Below, piece after piece: positions 13,999-27,561 of a DNA stretch of 63,998 nucleotides. Under the pieces are notes generated by a model. It saw only the letters and a list, made by a program, of their open reading frames with translations. It was not told where the DNA came from and made no database searches. Every line of letters starts with the position of its first letter. The stretch's first letter is position 1. The position numbers and the translations under genes were made by a program. The stretch lies in NCBI GenBank assembly GCA_051294375.1, contig CM119263.1, positions 27,186,004-27,250,001 of the forward strand. Reading direction: 5' to 3'. The DNA is from Paraspadella gotoi. Taxonomy: Eukaryota; Animalia; Chaetognatha.

Positions 13999-15419
13999 TG
14001 TCTCTCTCTCTCTCTCTTTCTCTCTCGGATCGATCTTTCTTTCTTCCTCCAAAATGGCGGCAACAAAATAACGTTCCTATTGGTCAAAGGCGTCCGACCG
14101 AATAATACTTCAGAAGAAAAAAGGTTTTGAGTTTTCTGAGGAAACCGACGCTGTGGGGGAGGCGGGGTTAGGTGGATAGGGAGGGAGTTGGCGGTGGGCG
14201 TGGAGGCGATGAGCGATGCGTTTGGCTTTTTTCTCTTTTGTCCCCTTTTCATCCAACGGGTCTCGGTTCTGTATTTCCTTTTCCCTTTTGTTGTGGCCCT
14301 TCAACCGTTTCCATCCCGGACGCACATAATTCACTGTTCCACTTTTTTTTTCGCCACGAACCCGCTGATGAAAAATGCTTAGGATAAATCAACAGAATAT
14401 TTTGCGGTTGTTTCTGTTATGAAGGAATGAGCGTTGTCATTTATCTCGCGCGGTAGAGACGCGCGTTGTAACAGGGAGGAAGTGATAAATTTGATACATG
14501 TTTAGACAACTATTTATTTATTTCATTTACAGAATCTCGAATACGAAGACCACTGGCGAGTCACTGCTCACAAGATGACAATATCTCATGTTGATTTTCT
14601 GTTTTCACAACTTAATCGGTGAGTCTTTGTTTTAGTTTTGATTATTTATCAATTGGGATATTATTTTTATTTACATTGAGCAAAATAACATTATCAAGTT
14701 TGATCAGATTTCAATCGCGACCATCGGTTGAATCCGAGCAAATAACAATAAATGAATCCAAATTACAATTCAAAACAATGAAATATGATTTCGTGAGCGA
14801 GAACAATCGTAATCACGACGGCGTGACACGTTAGACCAGCGCCCTACATGCGGGTTCTGACTGAATCGTGACCTACATGCGCGAGAAGCGAGAGGCCGCG
14901 GGTTTTCTCAGTCAAGGCGACCACGCGCCGCTACGTGCTTCGACTTAAAACGAGATTTTTGATGTACGGAGCTGAGGAAAGCAATCAGTGGGTGCAGGGG
15001 ACATTCAAGTTCGGGTCCGCGTTGAGTAACGAAATGTTCTGTCTTATTAGATTAATTTACAATCTTGAAATAATAACATACGACTCCACAGTATGTAAAT
15101 TTTTTTTTTAGAAATACGGATTAGGTATAGCAGCTTGGTTTTATTACTATTATTTAATTTAACGGACTCTGCTAATTTCAGAATTTAAAACAAAAGTAAA
15201 ATTGAATTCCGTGTTTAACCGGAAACTCCTAGCGAGCTCTTGCGGATAAAAGCAGGAACGAAAGACAAGAGACAAAAATAGTGCTTGAGCGTTAGCGTTT
15301 TGTTTGAAACAGCAGACCTTCGGCTTTGTTATTGTCTGACATCTAGCGGAACTATGGATAACCAAATAAAAAATGATCATCTCTAAATTCTCGAGAGAAA
15401 TCTAAGAAAATCTTTACAA

Positions 15420-16174
15420 CTAAAAAAAGAGTATATAGGTCAACGTATAAATTATATTCTAAATTTTTAAGGTGTTTTCTTTTCTTCTAATAGGGGGAGC
15501 CTAACTCAGTAAGGTGGTTAAGAAATTTGAATTAAGCACCTGCTCAAACGAAAATTTAGACATTTTTTAAAAAATATGAATAGACAAAAAATTTTAATAT
15601 TACTCCATACTCCATATATTAATTTTTTAATATTTATTTATAAATAAGAAAGGCTAAAATTTTTTTAGGATTTTTTTATTTTTAAGATCAGATTCAGGTA
15701 GCTTGCAAAAAGTTGTCTACACAAAGTATAATTATTTTTTCGATATTTTGATCATAAGTGTATGAAAAATATGAAAAATTATTTATAATCATCATCATTA
15801 TCATTTTTCGATAATTTTATTACTTTTTCTTAATTTTGACCAAGAAAGCATAACAATTTTTGAAGGTTGTAGTTATAATTTTTATTTAACTTTTTATGCT
15901 CTATCAGAATCCATCAAAAAAGTTAAGATTGATTAAAAAAATGTTTTATCATTATATAGTAATATTGTAATTTTAATAGCAACAATAAAAGCATTAAAAT
16001 CGAACTTTTTTAAAAAATTCTTTTTTTACCTAAAAGTAGACATCCAGACTAAAGTTTTGAACCCCCGCCCCTATTGAATTTAATTTCATAGTAGATTTCT
16101 ATTATAAGCGTTTTTAATGTAAGTGGGACAGACCGACGGACAGACATACCGACAGACTTAAAAGTGACTTAGAG
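15420..16174 (+). mobile_element. AT-rich non-autonomous DNA element, possibly HINE/DINE-1 (Helentron-associated)-like; 3' end lost in gap
   Basis: Short inverted repeats aataggggg (15489) / ccccctatt (~16067-16075). It ends in a GACA/GACG microsatellite, gggacagaccgacggacagacataccgacagac-ttaaaagtgacttagag, of the kind seen near HINE ends. A second copy at ~24715-25505 lacks this tail. The family call is inference. Confidence 0.4.
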
Positions 16175-16289
16175 NNNNNNNNNNNNNNNNNNNNNNNNNN
16201 NNNNNNNNNNNNNNNNNNNNNNNNNNNNNNNNNNNNNNNNNNNNNNNNNNNNNNNNNNNNNNNNNNNNNNNNNNAAAAAGAGAGAGATT

Positions 16290-18465
16290 GACTTTTTGAA
16301 CTATTAAAGTCGTCGTCATTGTTTATGCGTCGTCATCGCGTCGTCGTCTTCTTTAATTGTTTTCTCTTACTCAAATTTCTTGTCGCGTTCGTAAAGCGTT
16401 CAATAAGGGCGCAATAAACATTTTTTTATGTTCGAACGACGACGACGACGACGACGAGGAAAGTGATGTTTTCATTCGTCCGCTTACACTTCGTCGTTGA
16501 CAAGATGCCCCTTCAAAAAAAAAAAAGTATAATGATGGAGATAATAAATATGAACAACTAAGTTTATTATTGAACCAGAAAAAAAATTCGTTAATGGACC
16601 TCTGTAATTGGCGGCCAATAATAGGCAGGTGCATAAATAAGGGGAAAGTTTTAAAATTTCCTTATTTAAAATATTTACTCATGCATCTGCGAACGACAAA
16701 TCAAACTAAAACGATAAGTCCCACTTTCTATTTTTTAGGCGCAACAGCCGCCTCACAAGTAAACCAACCACATGCAACAACAACGGCCAACAAGAAGCGC
16801 AACCCGTCCCCGCGGATTCTCTCATTTTCCCATTAATTCAGACAATCGAACCGCAAATCAAGGTTCGCCTCTACATCCTTCACCGCCCCCCTCGCCCCCA
16901 CCTCCCTATATATCACATGACTCAAGCTGTTGCGTCTCATATTTTACGCCGCGTCTCATCCTCGTCGACGTCCGGCCCCAGCGAGTGCGTCGCTGCGTGG
17001 ATGTTGCGGTGTTAGACGCTGCGTTGCGACTGCTGCCGGTGTGTCTGCCTCCTTCTGGGGCGTGGCCGTGGACGCGCACTCGGAGTGGACTTTTTGTATT
17101 CCTCGCGAAAACCTGGCAATACAGAAAAAAAAAAAACTTAAACATTAAAATTAAAGTTTCATTGTGACGATCGTTATTGAATTCCTATTTGAATTTTTCC
17201 CTTCGCTTGCTTTGATGACGCTCGTTAACGCATGCTCGGACTTGACATGCACGAAACGCGCATGACCGCATGGAAACTGAATTTTAATTTCCTGAACCCT
17301 GAGACATGAGGCGAAAGATTTTTTAGTGATCAAATGAATCAACTAAATCAATTTAAATATAAATGTTTCACTCTTTTTTTTTGGCTTCTCTTCGCCCATC
17401 TCTCTCTCGCTCTCTCTCCTCTCTCCTCTCCTCTTCTTCCTCTCCTCCTCTCTCTCTCATCTCTTCTTCTCTCTCTCTCTCTCTCATCCTCCTCTCGTCT
17501 CTCCTCTCTTCTCGGGTTAAAAACAAAGGATTAAGTCTTACACGTGTTCCCTCTCCGGAACACGGACGTGAATGGCGTCTTCTGAGTGAAGCGTCCGCGA
17601 GAGACTGAGAATTACGGGATCGTGGACGGGCGTGAGACTTCGAGACGAATGACACTGCGAGTGACACTGATGACTGTGATCAGTGGATAACAGGATGAAA
17701 GTGAAATAGAGATGACTGTGGAAGACAAAATGCAGTGACTTAGATGACAGGAAGGGAAACCGAAAAAGGCTTGGTAAACATTACAAATAAGATTACATAA
17801 ACATTTCTTGAAACATGAATTTCTTAAGATCAATCTTTGCAGCTTTTGTTTTCTTATATCCGTCGCGGATACGATACAAACTGATTGCATGGTAACAATT
17901 CTTCGCGTCGACAGCACAGGGCCGTTCACGCGACTGCAACCGCTGACTGCACCATCGACCGGTTGACTGCATCTGGGGGAAAACTCGAGTTTTATTGCAG
18001 TTGCGATGCGCGAAGGAAGAGCCGAACAAGAACTGACGAATTCCTCTCGAGCGAACCGTGGGACAGATAAAAAGATCGGCTTGACCCCAAAGAAGAGGAA
18101 GGGTGTGGTCAGTGGAAAAATGGGAAAGGAATGTGATGAATAAATGGACAAAATGAGAAGTAGGGAAAATGGGAAATAGGGAAGTTGGATTATGAAGAAA
18201 TGGCATGGAAAAGTTGTGGAATGTAAAAGTGGAGAAAAGCAAGCAGAGGGCGAAGTTTGAGGAAGAGGCGGTGAGCGTAAATTTCCGAAAATGATAAAAT
18301 AGAAAAGTTTTTTTCAAGTTGACATGCAGGAAGGTGGTAAGCCTGTTGATAGGGACCCTTCAGCTGTGTGAACTACTCAGCATGGGACATTGAGGCAACA
18401 GGGTGGCAGGAAATCGCCCTCCATCGAATCCGCCGGGGGTCTTCTGCAACTTTTTATTGCGGGCA

Positions 18466-18504
<39 letters not shown>

Positions 18505-18738
18505 TATCCTCCTCTCTCTCTCTCTCCTCATCTCCTCTCTCTTCTCTCTCTCTCTCATCTCTCTCTCTCTTCCTATCTCCTCTTTCCTCTCTCAATCTGT
18601 CCTTCCATTAATCAATGATCAGCAAAGACTTGATCGTCCGGGTTGAATCCCGATGATCACGTCGGCGGATCGAAATCCTGCGCGGGAGATTTTCTTATGT
18701 GGTATGCAAGAGGGAAGAAGAATGGGAAAAGATTGATG

Positions 18739-18790
<52 letters not shown>

Positions 18791-21700
18791 TTCAAAACAG
18801 AAAGCGGCAATTTCATTTTTAAAAAATCATTAAACCTTTCCAAAAAGTTTTTAAAATGTTCTTTTTCCGCCCAACGACTTCAGGCTAATTATCTTTAAAC
18901 GTAAACCAGAAAAAAGACGTTTTTTCGTCACGTTCATCTCCCGTCAGTCCTGACAAAATAATCCATTTACATACCAAAACTGAAACAAGATGAGGCCACA
19001 CACTCAAATTCTTTTTCCGCTTTTAAAAAAGTGGAGCATCCTTTCCATCTCCTCTTTACTCTCCCGCAAATTCCTCGTTCTACTTCTCGTTCACTTTTAC
19101 AAGCCTGCCTCGCCTTTCATTACGCCCTCCTCCCACCGCCACCATCTCCAACACCCGCCCTACCACCCACCCTTTCCATTTCCGATGCCTTTTTTTTAAA
19201 CCGCCGGTTGAGTATAACGCGGCGCGTCTCGACCGGCGTCGTTCCAGCGCTTCCTCCCCTCGCGCCGGAAAGGGAGAGTCGGCGGGCCGATTTCTTCTCG
19301 CCACGTCTCTCAAAAAACTAAGACCTCGAATCGAGAGTCGATGAGGGTCCGCCCCGCCTCCTAAGCCGCCCCCTGCCCGCCTCGGCCGCCATCTCTCTCT
19401 CTCTAGCGCTCTCTGAGAACGCCTTGCGTCCTTGACATCGTTCTCTCTCTCACCAGCCCTTCACCCATCCTCCAGATTTTGGACTCTGTCCCCACACTCT
19501 CTCTCTCTCTCCTCAGCGCAACTCTGTCCGCATCCGTAAAAGAATAACCGTTTTGGATGTGAACGGATACCCTTCCTTGCCCTTTCTTCCTTCTTTTTTC
19601 TCTCTCGTTCCTTTCGAAATTTCGTCGTCGTCGTCGATTTTTTTTTTCTCATAAATTTTCAAAGCCAAATACAATTGGCTTCGTTATCAAATTAATTTAA
19701 AGTTTGGGTTTTTTCCGCCGCTTAGCTTAACTCATACTTTTAAGAGCAACTGTTACTCGCCACTTGTATTCACATCAAACGCAAATTTCCCCGACATCCA
19801 CGGGGCCATTACCACTCGCATTCCAACCCCCACCGAAGCCCCATTGAACGCCATTTAACCCCAACAAACCCCAACCACTCCGTCAACACATCACTCCACC
19901 TCATCTCCTTTTGCTCGATGTCTCTCCGATTGCGGATGTTCGACATTTTCTTCCCTCTTGACGACGACAACAACAACATCAAGGACGACAACAAAACCAC
20001 AAACAGAAGTGAAAAACTATTTCAAGTTGATCAATATTTTTAAAAAACGTGAAAGCAAAATTTTATACCAATATTGATTAAAAAGTAAACCTTGTCATAA
20101 ATATTAAATGACGATGTTATAAAGCATTTAGGCAAAAAGGCGGTTGAAACGTACGGAAAACCCGCCTGGCGGTGAATTAATGGAACGACGAAGGGGAAAT
20201 TAAACATGATTAAGAGCAAAGGCGGGGAAGAAAGGTGAGAGAGAGAGAGAGAGAAAGAGGCTCGCGGCGTCAAAGAGAACAATCTCGCGACGCCCGTTTC
20301 TTCCCACAAACGTCAGGGGGCGTTTCCCTCTCTCTAAAAAAATGGGCAGAACCGCAAAACAGAGCGTCAGTCGTCGTCTTGATGACTGCGATGACGAAGA
20401 TGAACGATGTTGACGACGAGAGTGAGACGTTACGTGGAGAACGAAGGAATGGACTTTTCGAACGACGGACGACGACCGACGACGACACGACGACGACGAG
20501 GGAAGGGAAATCAAAATTTCCGCGAATCGGACTTCAAAGGGAGAAAAAAAAAAAAGATGCGGGACGACGAGGAAGGAGGAAAGAAAGAGATGGCTCAACG
20601 TGACCCAATTAGTTGCGTCCGTAAGATGTAATAGAGAGAGAGAGAGATGAGATGAAACAAGCGAGAAATAGGAGAGCCACAAAAAATATACCTGGGGAAG
20701 GGCGCATGTAACAGACGCAAAACAAGAAAGAAGCGAAGAAAAGAATAATTTTGAATCTAAACATTCGGCGCCACTTTCTTGTGGGCGTGGAGCCAAAGTT
20801 TTCCTCTCGAAAAGAGACGTATGTTCACTTCCGGTTTGAGGAGAGAAAATAGAATTCTTTTTCATCCGCCGTCGTAAAAATTCACGAGCGAGAGAGAGCT
20901 TTATTTTCTCTTCTCTCTCTCTCTCTCTTATAAAATAAAAATAAAATGAATCATTAATTGAAATTAAAATGTTATGAACTAATTCATAAGAATTTAAAAA
21001 TATAACGTTTAAGACGTTTGTCCGTCTGTGTTGTCGTTATATAAAACTATTTCTCTCCTCTCTCTCTTCTCAATCTCTCATCTCTCCTCTCTCTCTCTCA
21101 TCTCTCCTTCTCCTCTCGCTCTCTCTCTCATCTCTCTCTTTCCTCCACTCACCGGCCGTAAAATTCCCATGTTAATCCCCTCCAAACAATAAAGTAATCA
21201 CCCAAGCCATTACGTGAATTGCTGGCGCGCGTGGGGCCCTGGCACGCCGCTATGCCGCCAACCGACCCGTTGCTTCCGCGCTCGCTGCGGCGGCCGCCCC
21301 GCGTGACGTCATTCCCTCGAACGACGATGGCCAAACAATGAAGTGACGTCGAGAGTTTTGTTCCGTGAGATGAGGGTGACTTATTTGGAGAATCACGGCC
21401 CGTGATCCGGAAGTTCACGCGGGGTCGTTGGAAGGTCGGGTTCCGTTTCGTCGAAGACTTTGCTAATGAGATTATTCAAATCAGACGAGTTCGGTGAATA
21501 AGATCTCAAATGATTCACTGTTTTTAATGTCGGGTTTAGTTTTAGACTAAAATAGATGTTACTTTCTTTGTCAATTTTACATGAAAATTCCTTGTGTTTT
21601 TTCCTTTCTGTTTGAATTGGCGCTGAAGAAGACTCGTATGTGAGTCGAACATGTCTGTTAAACTATGAAATAAATACGTTTGTTAAAATCTCTCTTCAAA

Positions 21701-22254
21701 AACTTTGTACATAAATTCCTTTATTTGAAAGGTAAGCTAAGGAGAGTTAAAATTTTACGAGACCGGTCCTTTATATTCATTTCGAAAATTAAGGCGGAGA
21801 GAAAAATTCAGTAAAAATTATTTCGCGATTTTGTCTCTGATTTTGATAAACGAATATTAATAATCCATAGACTAACATTTAATTGACTTCATATGCGATC
21901 CACTCCCTTCCCATCGCGACCCTCGTCGACCGCTGTCCTAGTCGCCGCGCCATGCTGAGAAGACTTCATTCCAATAGGATTGTCGAGCCTGACCGCGATG
22001 GCAACGTCGGACCGTGCCGGGGCTGCCCGGTCCCGAGAGGGCGCCCCGACCCACGACCCGACGTAACCCGGAATCGGTAAACTTTTCGTTTCTAAGAGAC
22101 GCTCAACTCGTTTGTCTAAGAGTAAGAGAGAGAGAGAGAGAGAGAGACAGAGACAAAGACACTGACGTGCCCTTTCGGACGAAACGAGGTAGGCTCCATC
22201 GGCAAATCCGACTATTTGATCTCAATCTCGACGGCCGAAAGCCACAAAATACGT

Positions 22255-22343
<89 letters not shown>

Positions 22344-22969
22344 TAGAGAAGAGGAGGTCAATAATTGCCCGATTCTCCCAAATGACTTCCCCTTTTGATC
22401 CACGGACCAGCCGTTTAACCCTCTGAGAATTTTGTGTTCGAAAAGAGCTTCTGCTTTTGTTGTTAAAGCGAAGAAAAAAAAGGATAAAAGAAAAAACGAT
22501 GACCTCATCAACCAAATGTTGATTTTTCTGGCAGAAATACTACTTTAGACTTTATCACTTAACGGCCCAACGAAGAAGGGCCAATATCAATAGAAAGAGA
22601 GGCCAAAAAGAAAATGAGAGAACGGTTCGTCGTCGTCGTCGTCCCTTGACCCACATCCGGTGAAAGGCGTCAATGGAGATGGCAGGAATTTTAATGGGAT
22701 GCTTCGAATGCTCCCTCGACTAAAATAGAAAACCAGATGGCAGAGAACAATTATAGTACATTGTACAATTGTATAATGTATATTGTACATTGTTTATAAT
22801 TGGTATATAATAAAAAATGAGCACGTTATTTTTTTATTTTAAACGTTAATTGCTTTAAGTTTTGTGTATTTGCTAGTTTTGTTGATTTTAATCCTTTTCA
22901 ACTCCTCGTTCTTTCTTTTTCTTTCTTATCTTTCTTTCTTTTGTTCTTTTTTCTTTTTTTTTTCTTTTT

Positions 22970-23021
<52 letters not shown>

Positions 23022-23027
23022 CTTTTT

Positions 23028-23058
<31 letters not shown>

Positions 23059-23059
23059 C

Positions 23060-23142
<83 letters not shown>

Positions 23143-25505
23143 CCCTTTTTTTTCTTTCTTTCTTTTCTTTCTTTCTTTCCTTTCTTTGCTATTTTCCTTT
23201 CTTTCTTTCCTTCTTTCCTTTTCCTTTCTTTCCTTTCCTTTCTTTCTTTCCTTTTCTTTCTTATTCTTTCTTTCTTTGTCTCCTCATCTCTCTCTCTTTC
23301 TCTCATGATCGATCTTTTCTTTCTTCCTCGCAAAATGGCGGCCAACATAACGTTCTATTGGTCAAAGGCGTCCGACCGAATAATACTTCAGAAAGAAAAA
23401 AGGTTTTGAGTTCTGAGGAAACCGACGCTGTGGGGAGGCGGGGTTAGGTGGATAGGGAGGGAGTTGCGGTGGCGTGAAGGCGATGAGCGATTGCGTATGG
23501 ACTTTTTCTCTTTGTCCCCCTTTTCAATCCAACGGTCTCGGTTGTATTCCTTTTCCCTTTTGTTGTGGCCCTTCAACGTTTCCATCCCGGACGCATAATT
23601 CACTGTTCACCTTTTTTTTTCGCCACGAACCCGCCTTGAATGAAAAATGCTTAGGATAAATCACAGAATATTTTGCGGTTGTTTCCTGTTATGAAGGAAT
23701 GAGTTGTGTCATTTATCCGGCGGTAGAGAGACGCCGCGTTGTAACAGGGAGGAAAGTGATAAATTTGATCATGTTTAGACAGAACTATTTATTTAATTTC
23801 ATTTACAGAATCTTCTCGATACGAAGCCACTGTACACTGGCGAGTCACTGCTCCAAATGACAATATACTGCATGTTTGATTTTCTGTTTCCAACAACTTA
23901 AATCGGTGAGGTCTTTGTTTTATGGTTTTTGATTATTTAATCAAATTGGGATATTAATTTTATTTACATTGAGCAATAACATTATAAAGTTTGATCAGTA
24001 TTTCAAGTCGCAGGACCATCGGTTGAATCCGAGCAAATAACAATACAAATGAATCCAAATTAGCAATTCAAACATGAAATATGATTTCGTGAGGCGAGAA
24101 CAATCTAATCACGACGTGCCGTGACACGTTAGACCTAGCGCCCATACATGCGGGTTCTTGACTGAAATCGTGAACCTACATGCGCGAAGAAAGCGAGAGG
24201 CCGCGGGGTTTTCTCAGTCAAGGCGACCACGCGCCGCTACGTGCTTTCGACTTAAAACGAGATTTTTTGATGTACGGAGCTGAGGAAAAGGCATCAGTGG
24301 GTCAGGGACATTCAAGTTCGGGTCCGGTTGAGTACGAAATGTTCTGTCTTATTAGATTATTTACAACTTGAAATAATAACATACGACTCACAGTATGTAA
24401 ATTTTTTTTTTAGAAATACGGATTAGGTATAGCAGCTGGTTTTATTACTATTATTTAATTTAACGGACTCTGCTAATTTCAGAATTTAAAACCAAAAGTA
24501 AAATTGAATTCGTGTTTAACCGGAAACTCCTAGCGAGCTCTTGCGGATAAAAGCAGGAACGAAAGACAAGAGACAAAAATAGTGCTTGAGCGTGCGTTTT
24601 GTTTGAAACAGCAGACTTCGGCTTTGTATTGTCTGACATCTAGCGGAACTATGGATAACCAAATAAAAAATGATCATCTCTAAATTCTCGAGAGAAATTA
24701 AGAAAATCTTTACAAACTAAAAAAAGAGTATATAGGTAAACGTATAAATTATATTCTAATTTTAAGGTGTTTTCTTTTCTTGCTAATAGGCGGAGCCTAA
24801 CTCAGTAAGGTGGTAAGAAATTGAATTAGCACCTGCTCAACGAAAATTTTAGACATTTTTTAAAAAATATGAATAGACAAAAAATTTTTAATGAAATTGG
24901 GGACAACCAATATAAAAATACCATTCATTTAATAAATAGCTATCTTGCCCCTGACTTTGGACAGGCTTTGTGGTGGTTTTAAGGCCTCATCACTCTTACA
25001 AGATAATATTACTCCATACTCCATATATTAATTTTTTAATATTTATTTATAAATAAGAAAGGCTAAAATTTTTTAGGATTTTTTATTTTTTAAGACCCGA
25101 TTCAGGTAGCTTGCAAAAAAGTTGTCTGCACAAAGTATAATTATTTTTTCGATATTTTGATCATAAGTGTATGAAAAATATGAAAAATTATTTATAATCA
25201 TCATCATTATCATTTTTTCGATAATTTTATTACTTTTTCTTATTTTGACCAAGAAAGCATAACAATTTTTGAAGGTTGTAGTTATAATTTTTATTTAACT
25301 TTTTATGCTCTATCAGAATCATCAAAAAAGTTAAGATGATTAAAAAAATGTTTTATCATTATATAGTAATATTGTAATTTTAATAGCAAATAAAAGCATA
25401 AAATCGAACTTTTAAAAAAAATTCTTTTTTACCTAAAAGTAGACATCCAGACTAAAGTTTTGAACCCCCGCCCCTATTGAATTTAAAATTCATAGTAGAT
25501 TTCTA
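16290..25505 (+). repeat. Segmental duplicate, copy B (indel-rich; probable long-read or haplotype insertion)
   Basis: Same order as copy A, with frequent 1-nt indels. The (TTTC)n tract at 13858-13998 is rendered as near poly-T at 22970-23140. It spans two N-gaps of copy A. Confidence 0.9.
21610..21663 (+). ncRNA. Minimal type-I hammerhead ribozyme-like motif (Penelope-like element / retrozyme type)
   Basis: CTGAAGA-A-GACTC(gtatgt)GAGTC-GAA-CATGTC contains core box 1, a perfect 5-bp helix II, GAA(A), the palindromic ACATGT helix III and a GUC site at 21653-21655. Helix I is ttggcg/tgttaa with G-U pairs, and AATAAA follows ~14 nt after the cleavage site. It is one A short of the usual GAAAC-ATGTC, in an indel-prone copy. 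Confidence 0.6.
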
Positions 25506-25583
25506 CTACTAGTATTTTTGTTTTATTACAATTTTTCCACTTAATTGTTTCATTTTTGTTTTGCCCTCTCCCTCTCTCTCTCT

Positions 25584-25652
<69 letters not shown>

Positions 25653-25822
25653 ATGTTTTTTCAAAGTGACTCCATTAGTAGAAGATCGGAGTCATAAACC
25701 GAGCGATTATCACTGTTCCGTTTGAAGGGTCGAAAGACAGAAGAGTCGGCCTCTCTGGCAGAAAAAGACAGAAAACGGAAAGAAAAAGAAAAGAATGAGA
25801 GAGAGAGAGAGAGAGGAGAGAG

Positions 25823-25885
<63 letters not shown>

Positions 25886-26477
25886 ATGGTTTCTTCCAGA
25901 GTCATCAATCTTAGGATTGATCCCGGGACAAAGTGGTGCAAGAAAAAGAAAAGATAATCGCTGGTCAATAATTATGAGAGAGAGAATCTTTAAGTCTCTT
26001 TCTCTTTCTTTGTCTTAGACTGAGACTTCTGTTTTAGACTTTGTCTTAGTCTGAGAACTGAGAGTTTGCGAATAAAGGTTTCTCTAGCGCATCTTTGATT
26101 CCTAGATAATTATCACAGTATCACTGTAATCGATCTATTTACCAGAAAAAATGAAATAAAAACAACAAATAAACTAATTCCTTTTTTTCATGTTATTATC
26201 ACCTGTTTCTCTATTCAAATTACAATTTCATCGATTTCCATATTTTCTCGATTCAGTTAATCTTTTGTTCCTTTATTCTAATCCGTTTAAATCGTCTCCG
26301 GCTCCCAGTATTCCTTTTTTTTCCTTAATCCTTTTCTCTTTTCCTTTTTTTTTCTCTTACCAAATGCTAACGACATAACAGAATCGAGACTTAAAATTTT
26401 CTTTGAGATTAAGAGACGCGAGTCGAAGTTGAAAGAGATGATGATGAAGGAAGGATGAGGGAGAGAAAAAAGAAAGA

Positions 26478-26600
26478 AGGAGGATAGAATAAGGATTTAA
26501 AGAAGATAGTAAGAGGCTAAGGAGACAGAATGCCTGTGATGAGAGAGAAAAAAAGATAGGAGGATAGAATAAGAATTGAAAGAAGATAGTAAGAGGGCTG
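26478..26600. repeat. Two direct copies of a ~40-bp purine-rich unit at ~80-bp spacing
   Basis: aggaggatagaataag.att.aaagaagatagtaagagg at ~26478 and ~26558. Confidence 0.8.
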
Positions 26601-27485
26601 AAAAGACAAAATGAGGGTTAGAAAAAAATACAAGTTTTGAAAGGGGGTTCAAAGATGATAGAATGAGGGTTAAAAGTGAAGATAAAGAAGAGGTGAAATT
26701 TAATGCAATGAAGTTTAAAACAGGATATAAAAGAATAAAAAGAAGTATCTTCAATATCATCTGCGATAGATCAATTCTTCGATCTCTCTCTTTTAAAGAT
26801 GTAAGATTAATAAGATAACAAACAATAACAAATAATAACTAAAACTTTGAAAGAAAAATAAACTTTATTAAATAAGACGGTGTTTGAAATGCATCATCAG
26901 AACCAATCAATCGGACATCCAAGGCCCTTTTTTTGAATCAATTAAAATCTTCGATTATTCAACGGGGCAACAATGATTATGCCGAAACATGAACTCGGCG
27001 TCTGGTTCAATTAATCCTTTATGCTAATCGTACTTGAATATTCGATCATAAAATGTTCAATAAGAACGGAAAAGAAAAAAAAAAGAAAATTCAGTTCGCG
27101 GTAAGGATCTAAGGCTTTCGATATTTTACGATCGATTGTCGTCTTTATTGATGTTTGAAGTCACGAGGATTTAAAAAGTCATTTTAGGGTACGTCTTAAA
27201 ATTTGCTATGATCGTTATTGCTCACAATAAAAAAAAATGGCTAAAAACAAATGAAAATGATATGAAAACCTAGACAATGCAATATAGATTGATTTTAGCT
27301 AGAACCATACAACCACTTAAAATTTCTATTTTTCTTATCTTTCTTAAACACAAGCAACCCGACAATACAACATCATCACCACAACTTAAAAAGAAAAGAG
27401 CTTTTGGTATCACATTAAAAGATCTTCACCGAAACAAGAAACTCCTGTGAGGCCTACAACTCTTAACATCTTACGATCATCGGCT

Positions 27486-27561
<76 letters not shown>

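Noticed and set aside
22970-23140. Long poly-T as a retrotransposon polyA tail
   Set aside because: It aligns positionally to the (TTTC)n tract of copy A, so it is most likely a base-calling degradation.
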